Positions 60,206 to 64,000 of a stretch of 64,000 nucleotides of DNA are shown one piece after another. Each line of letters starts with the position of its first letter. Positions within the stretch are counted from its first letter, which is position 1. Made by a program: the position numbers and the translations under genes. Under the pieces are notes generated by a model, which searched no databases, was not told the origin of the DNA, and saw only the letters and a list, made by a program, of their open reading frames with translations. The stretch spans positions 2,423,589-2,487,588 of the forward strand of contig MU053994.1 of assembly GCA_013239625.1 (NCBI GenBank), given 5' to 3'. This stretch comes from Lama guanicoe. Its lineage: Eukaryota.

Positions 60206-62532
60206 GCATGCTGGGAGGTAGCTTTTGACAGAGGGAAGAAAGAGCCAAGTGAAAAAGGCTATGGTTCTATCATGTAATAGAGCTGGGACTTGAAAACCAC
60301 AGAGGTGAAACGGTGGGGCAAATTCAATCAGCCAACTCCCACTTTGGGGATTGAGGCCCAGGAATGTTTGGCAAATAGGAATGGGGTGGGGGGAGGTGGA
60401 GAAAAGACCCAGAGGAGGCTGCAGTTCTGCGATTGACCACAAGATGGAGGTAAAAGAGTGATCCCTCCATTCAGTCAAAAACTCATTAAGAGCTAATCAA
60501 GGTAAAGCGGGGTTTTTCATGTTTCCTACGGGTGCCTTCTCCCCTTTGCCAAGCCTCAGTGCACTTACTATTGTTCCATTCTTTTTGGTTAAAGTCGTCA
60601 CAAATCTGCGTTTTTGTTTGTTCACTCAACTGTAGCCCGCACTTCGTCTTCTAGACAACTTTCCCTGCTTCTTACGGTTAAGGATTATGTTCTTATTAAC
60701 TATTATTAGAAGAATTTTCTGACTCAGAAGTTTCAGGACTTAAAGCTATAGTCTTAGTTCAATAATTGCCTGATTATTTGCTGCTCTGCTTGGAACTTTC
60801 ATTACCTGGCTTCTGTGTCGCCTGCATTTCTCCACACCCCCGAGTCGGGGCTCAGAACAGAGCTCTATCTGCAACACCAGCCCTCGTTCCTGTCTGTCTG
60901 AGAGAGATATGTTTCCATCTCGTTTTACCAGGGCCCTGCGAAGGCTGAATGACTCCTGTGTTAACCGGGGAAAAAAAAAAAACATGGAGCGACTTGCCTA
61001 AGACAATGATAGAAATAGACAGAGACAGGCTTCCTGGATCCAATATTCTGCCTTTTCCTAGCGGGCACTGGACACTATCACCCTCCTCCCCTGCAAGATC
61101 TTGGCGGTCCTCTAGCCCTTTAGGCCAACACCATTAGCTCAGAACACATCACAGAGAGACCATGGGGCGGTGGCCACAACTGACCACCTTCCTGATCTCT
61201 TTTGAGATCTTTGCTATTGTTGAGGACGCTTGACCTAGACCCGTGCTTGGCATATCGGTGGGGCTCTTGCTGGAAAACCATGCTAACAATGAAATGGCAA
61301 AGGGCACCGGGCTGCTATCCTGAGTGCCCAGATGCATGAGCTTCTGCCTCTCCTGTGGTCGGGACTGCAGTGTTTATCTTTGGTGAGTCGTAAGCTTGTC
61401 TGTGATGATGCTGTTGGCTGAGGTTGGAGATGACGTCTGTATAAGAGGACACAGCAAAGCTGACAGGCCCAGAGCCACGGCAGCTCTTGGCTACACCCTT
61501 AGAGTAAATTCCCTGGTTCCCTGACTGCCCCAGGATTGACATACCCCGTGGGGGACAATGGACGGATGCGTCTTCAAAGCAGGTGGAGGGAGCAGAATCG
61601 GGAACATCATGGCCAGTTTCCCCTGCAAAGTGCCTTTCTGGCTCCCGATCCTGGTCATTCTGTTTTGCCTTGTAGAAGTATCCCATTCTGGACGGCAGCT
61701 TGGTTGGGCAGAACAGAAGAACCAGCACAGGGCAAGGAACTAGGGGACCTAGATTCAGATGTCAGCTGCAGCATCTTCCTTCAGGAATGAAGACTTTGTC
61801 CTCCCAGCTGTCAGGCCCTTGGAGAGCCCCTCTGGCCAAGGCCACAGTTTTGCTAGGTAGCCCACCTCTGATCAGTGACTGACAATGGAATATTAAAGCT
61901 CAGCCCTCTTGCCCCACCTTCAGACGGCACCAAGTCTCATTCTGTCTTTCAAACTCCCTGTAGTGTCAGCTAAGGCTTCCCTGAAGACGGCATCGCAGCT
62001 CAGTTTCCCCCTCTGCCCACTCTTGTGTTCTCCCCTCCCTTCCTTGGGGGTAGATCCCTGCTCGTTCAACTCCACCTCAGAGTCTTCCTGGAAAACCCAC
62101 CAGGAGACCGTGACCTTGGGGAAGGAAAACACCCTTTCTGAACTGTGTTAGGAAGCTGTCTGAAAGTCCCAGGGCTATGTTTAACGCCACTCCTGGGGAT
62201 CCCTTTGCGGTCGTTTTCACGGCTGCCACTCCAGCTCCCACCAGTTCTTGGCAATGAGACCCATCAAAGAACCCAAAGCTGCAGAAGCCTGAGACCCCAG
62301 ACACACTGTGGAAAGTGGCTACCAACTAAGACCAGCTAGTGAGCAGTGCTGGGATCCTGTAGCTGTCAGCCGCATTTCCAAAAGCGCTGCCCTATGGCTT
62401 TCAAGCCGACCTGCTGAAATTCTAAGGGATGAGTTCCCCACTCAGTCCCTCCAACCTGGAGACAGGCCTGGGAGGTTGTCCACTCCCACTGGAGGTTGTC
62501 CAGGTTGACCTTTGCTGCCTCTCTTCCTCTAG

Positions 62533-62833
62533 GGCGCCCTGTCCAGTAGAAATAAAATTCAAGCCACATAGGTAATCTTACATTTTCTAGTAGCCACACA
62601 CACACAAGTCAAAAGAAACAGATGAAATTGACTGTAATAGAATACTCAATATATCCAAGAGATCATTTCAACATGTAATCAATACAAAAATAATTAATGA
62701 GGTATTTTCGATTCTTTTTGTTCACACTAAAGTCTTTGAACTTGGGTGACTATTTGACGTAGCACCTTGTAATTCAGACCGGTCACACCGGAAGCATCCA
62801 GTGGCCACTGTGGTGACCGTACTGGACAGCACA
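62533..62833. mobile_element. MER33-like hAT-Charlie MITE
   Basis: ctgtccagtagaa...ttttctagtagccaca...tttcaacatgtaatcaata...tactggacagcac. Confidence 0.8.
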
Positions 62834-64000
62834 CAGGCATAGCTTATAAGGGATGAGAGTTGCAGGATAGGGCATATGAGAATCTGGGATTTGGAAGCTG
62901 AGCACTTCCACTTCTAGGGCAGATGAGTTTTAAGCCTGAACTTGAAGGTCGTTGCTGGCCCTCCCTTCCCATCTCTCCCATAAATTAGGGTTCATGCTGT
63001 ACCGGCCTCATAACACAGGTGTGAGGCTGTATTTAACAAGCTCACACCCCTGAAGCACCTGGCCTGCCTGTACGCTGTCCAAAAGCAATGGCTTTCTTAT
63101 TGCCCCCTCAACCTCCACCCGCAGTCAGCATTTGTGTGCCTTGTACGAAGCCTTGACCAATTTTCTAATCCCGCTCAGGAAAGAAAGCGTTTGGAGAGAG
63201 GTATAATGCTACGCGCTCCTTTAGAACGTAAAACGTTTAATTAGATGCCAAGGATTGAAACTCTGGATTCAGAGCCCGAAATGGCTAATAAGGTTTTATT
63301 GTTGCTATTACTTAGAGTTTTTATAGAACTTTCGGCTTGCAGAGAGCTTTTCAATCACTTGAGAGAGTCTAAGTTTGTTAACAGCGAGATGAAAAAATGT
63401 TCTATTCGTCAGGAGAGACAACATACATAATATGTTAAGTATTTAAGAATTACGGCCCTGCTGTGAGAACTCCTGAAATTACTTCTATGTGGATGCCAGA
63501 GATTTTCGTTAGAGGCCCAGGACATTAATGTAGATACGATGTTATTACCCAGCTGAGTCTGCAAGGGTGAACTTTTGCAAGTCAGGAAATAGAGAAGTTT
63601 CTAAAACAAACATTAGCGGGCCCTGGTTACACATGTGCAGCTTGGTGCCCACATGCGATTTTTGAACATTTTTCTCAAGGAGCTCTTAAGGTTTTATGAG
63701 TGATCATATTATAAAATCATACCTAGTTCCAGTATGGCCTAATTTGCGACTGCTCTGGGTCACCAAAACCTCCCAGGATTCCACTGTTGGGGCTGCTGCA
63801 GTTGGAGACAAATTTGCACCAATTCCTCTATAAATATTACCAGCGGGGCAACCTTGGCTGGAAAGTATGGGAAAAATGGATCTCCCCTTCCCATGTGTAC
63901 AAAAGGTGAATTCTGGCCCTGTGGATTTTTGAATATCTCAGTTAGCTTCTGTGACAGCCACCGATCAGCTCAAAGCTCAGTACTTATGCCTCCAGATGGT

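Noticed and set aside
1..64000. Naming the host locus, or claiming a new multi-gene system
   Set aside because: No exon or gene cluster is identifiable from the sequence alone; a genome search is needed.

Overview
This is mammalian non-coding DNA dominated by interspersed repeats, and I find no host protein-coding exon I can support. Five tRNA-Ala-derived SINEs of the Vic-1 type point to a camelid (camel, alpaca or llama). Contents: an apparently full-length but decayed L1 (about 45801-53420, minus strand) inserted into an MLT LTR and carrying an internally deleted CLPP processed pseudogene; a near-complete Tigger1; a MER45R-like hAT element; ERVL pro/pol remnants; ERV1 solo LTRs; and many MLT1, LTR16, MIR, L1 and L2 fragments. 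There is also a CpG-rich segment (about 24.5-26.2 kb) and several repeat-free, enhancer-like blocks. The most unusual structures are a ~370-bp inverted duplication (43657-44022 and 45063-45435), the CLPP retrocopy whose deletion leaves an open 172-aa chimeric ORF, and a doubled L1 3' tip inside a single target-site duplication (TSD). I see no convincing new biological system. Repeat family names come from recalled consensus sequences, and boundaries without TSDs are approximate.
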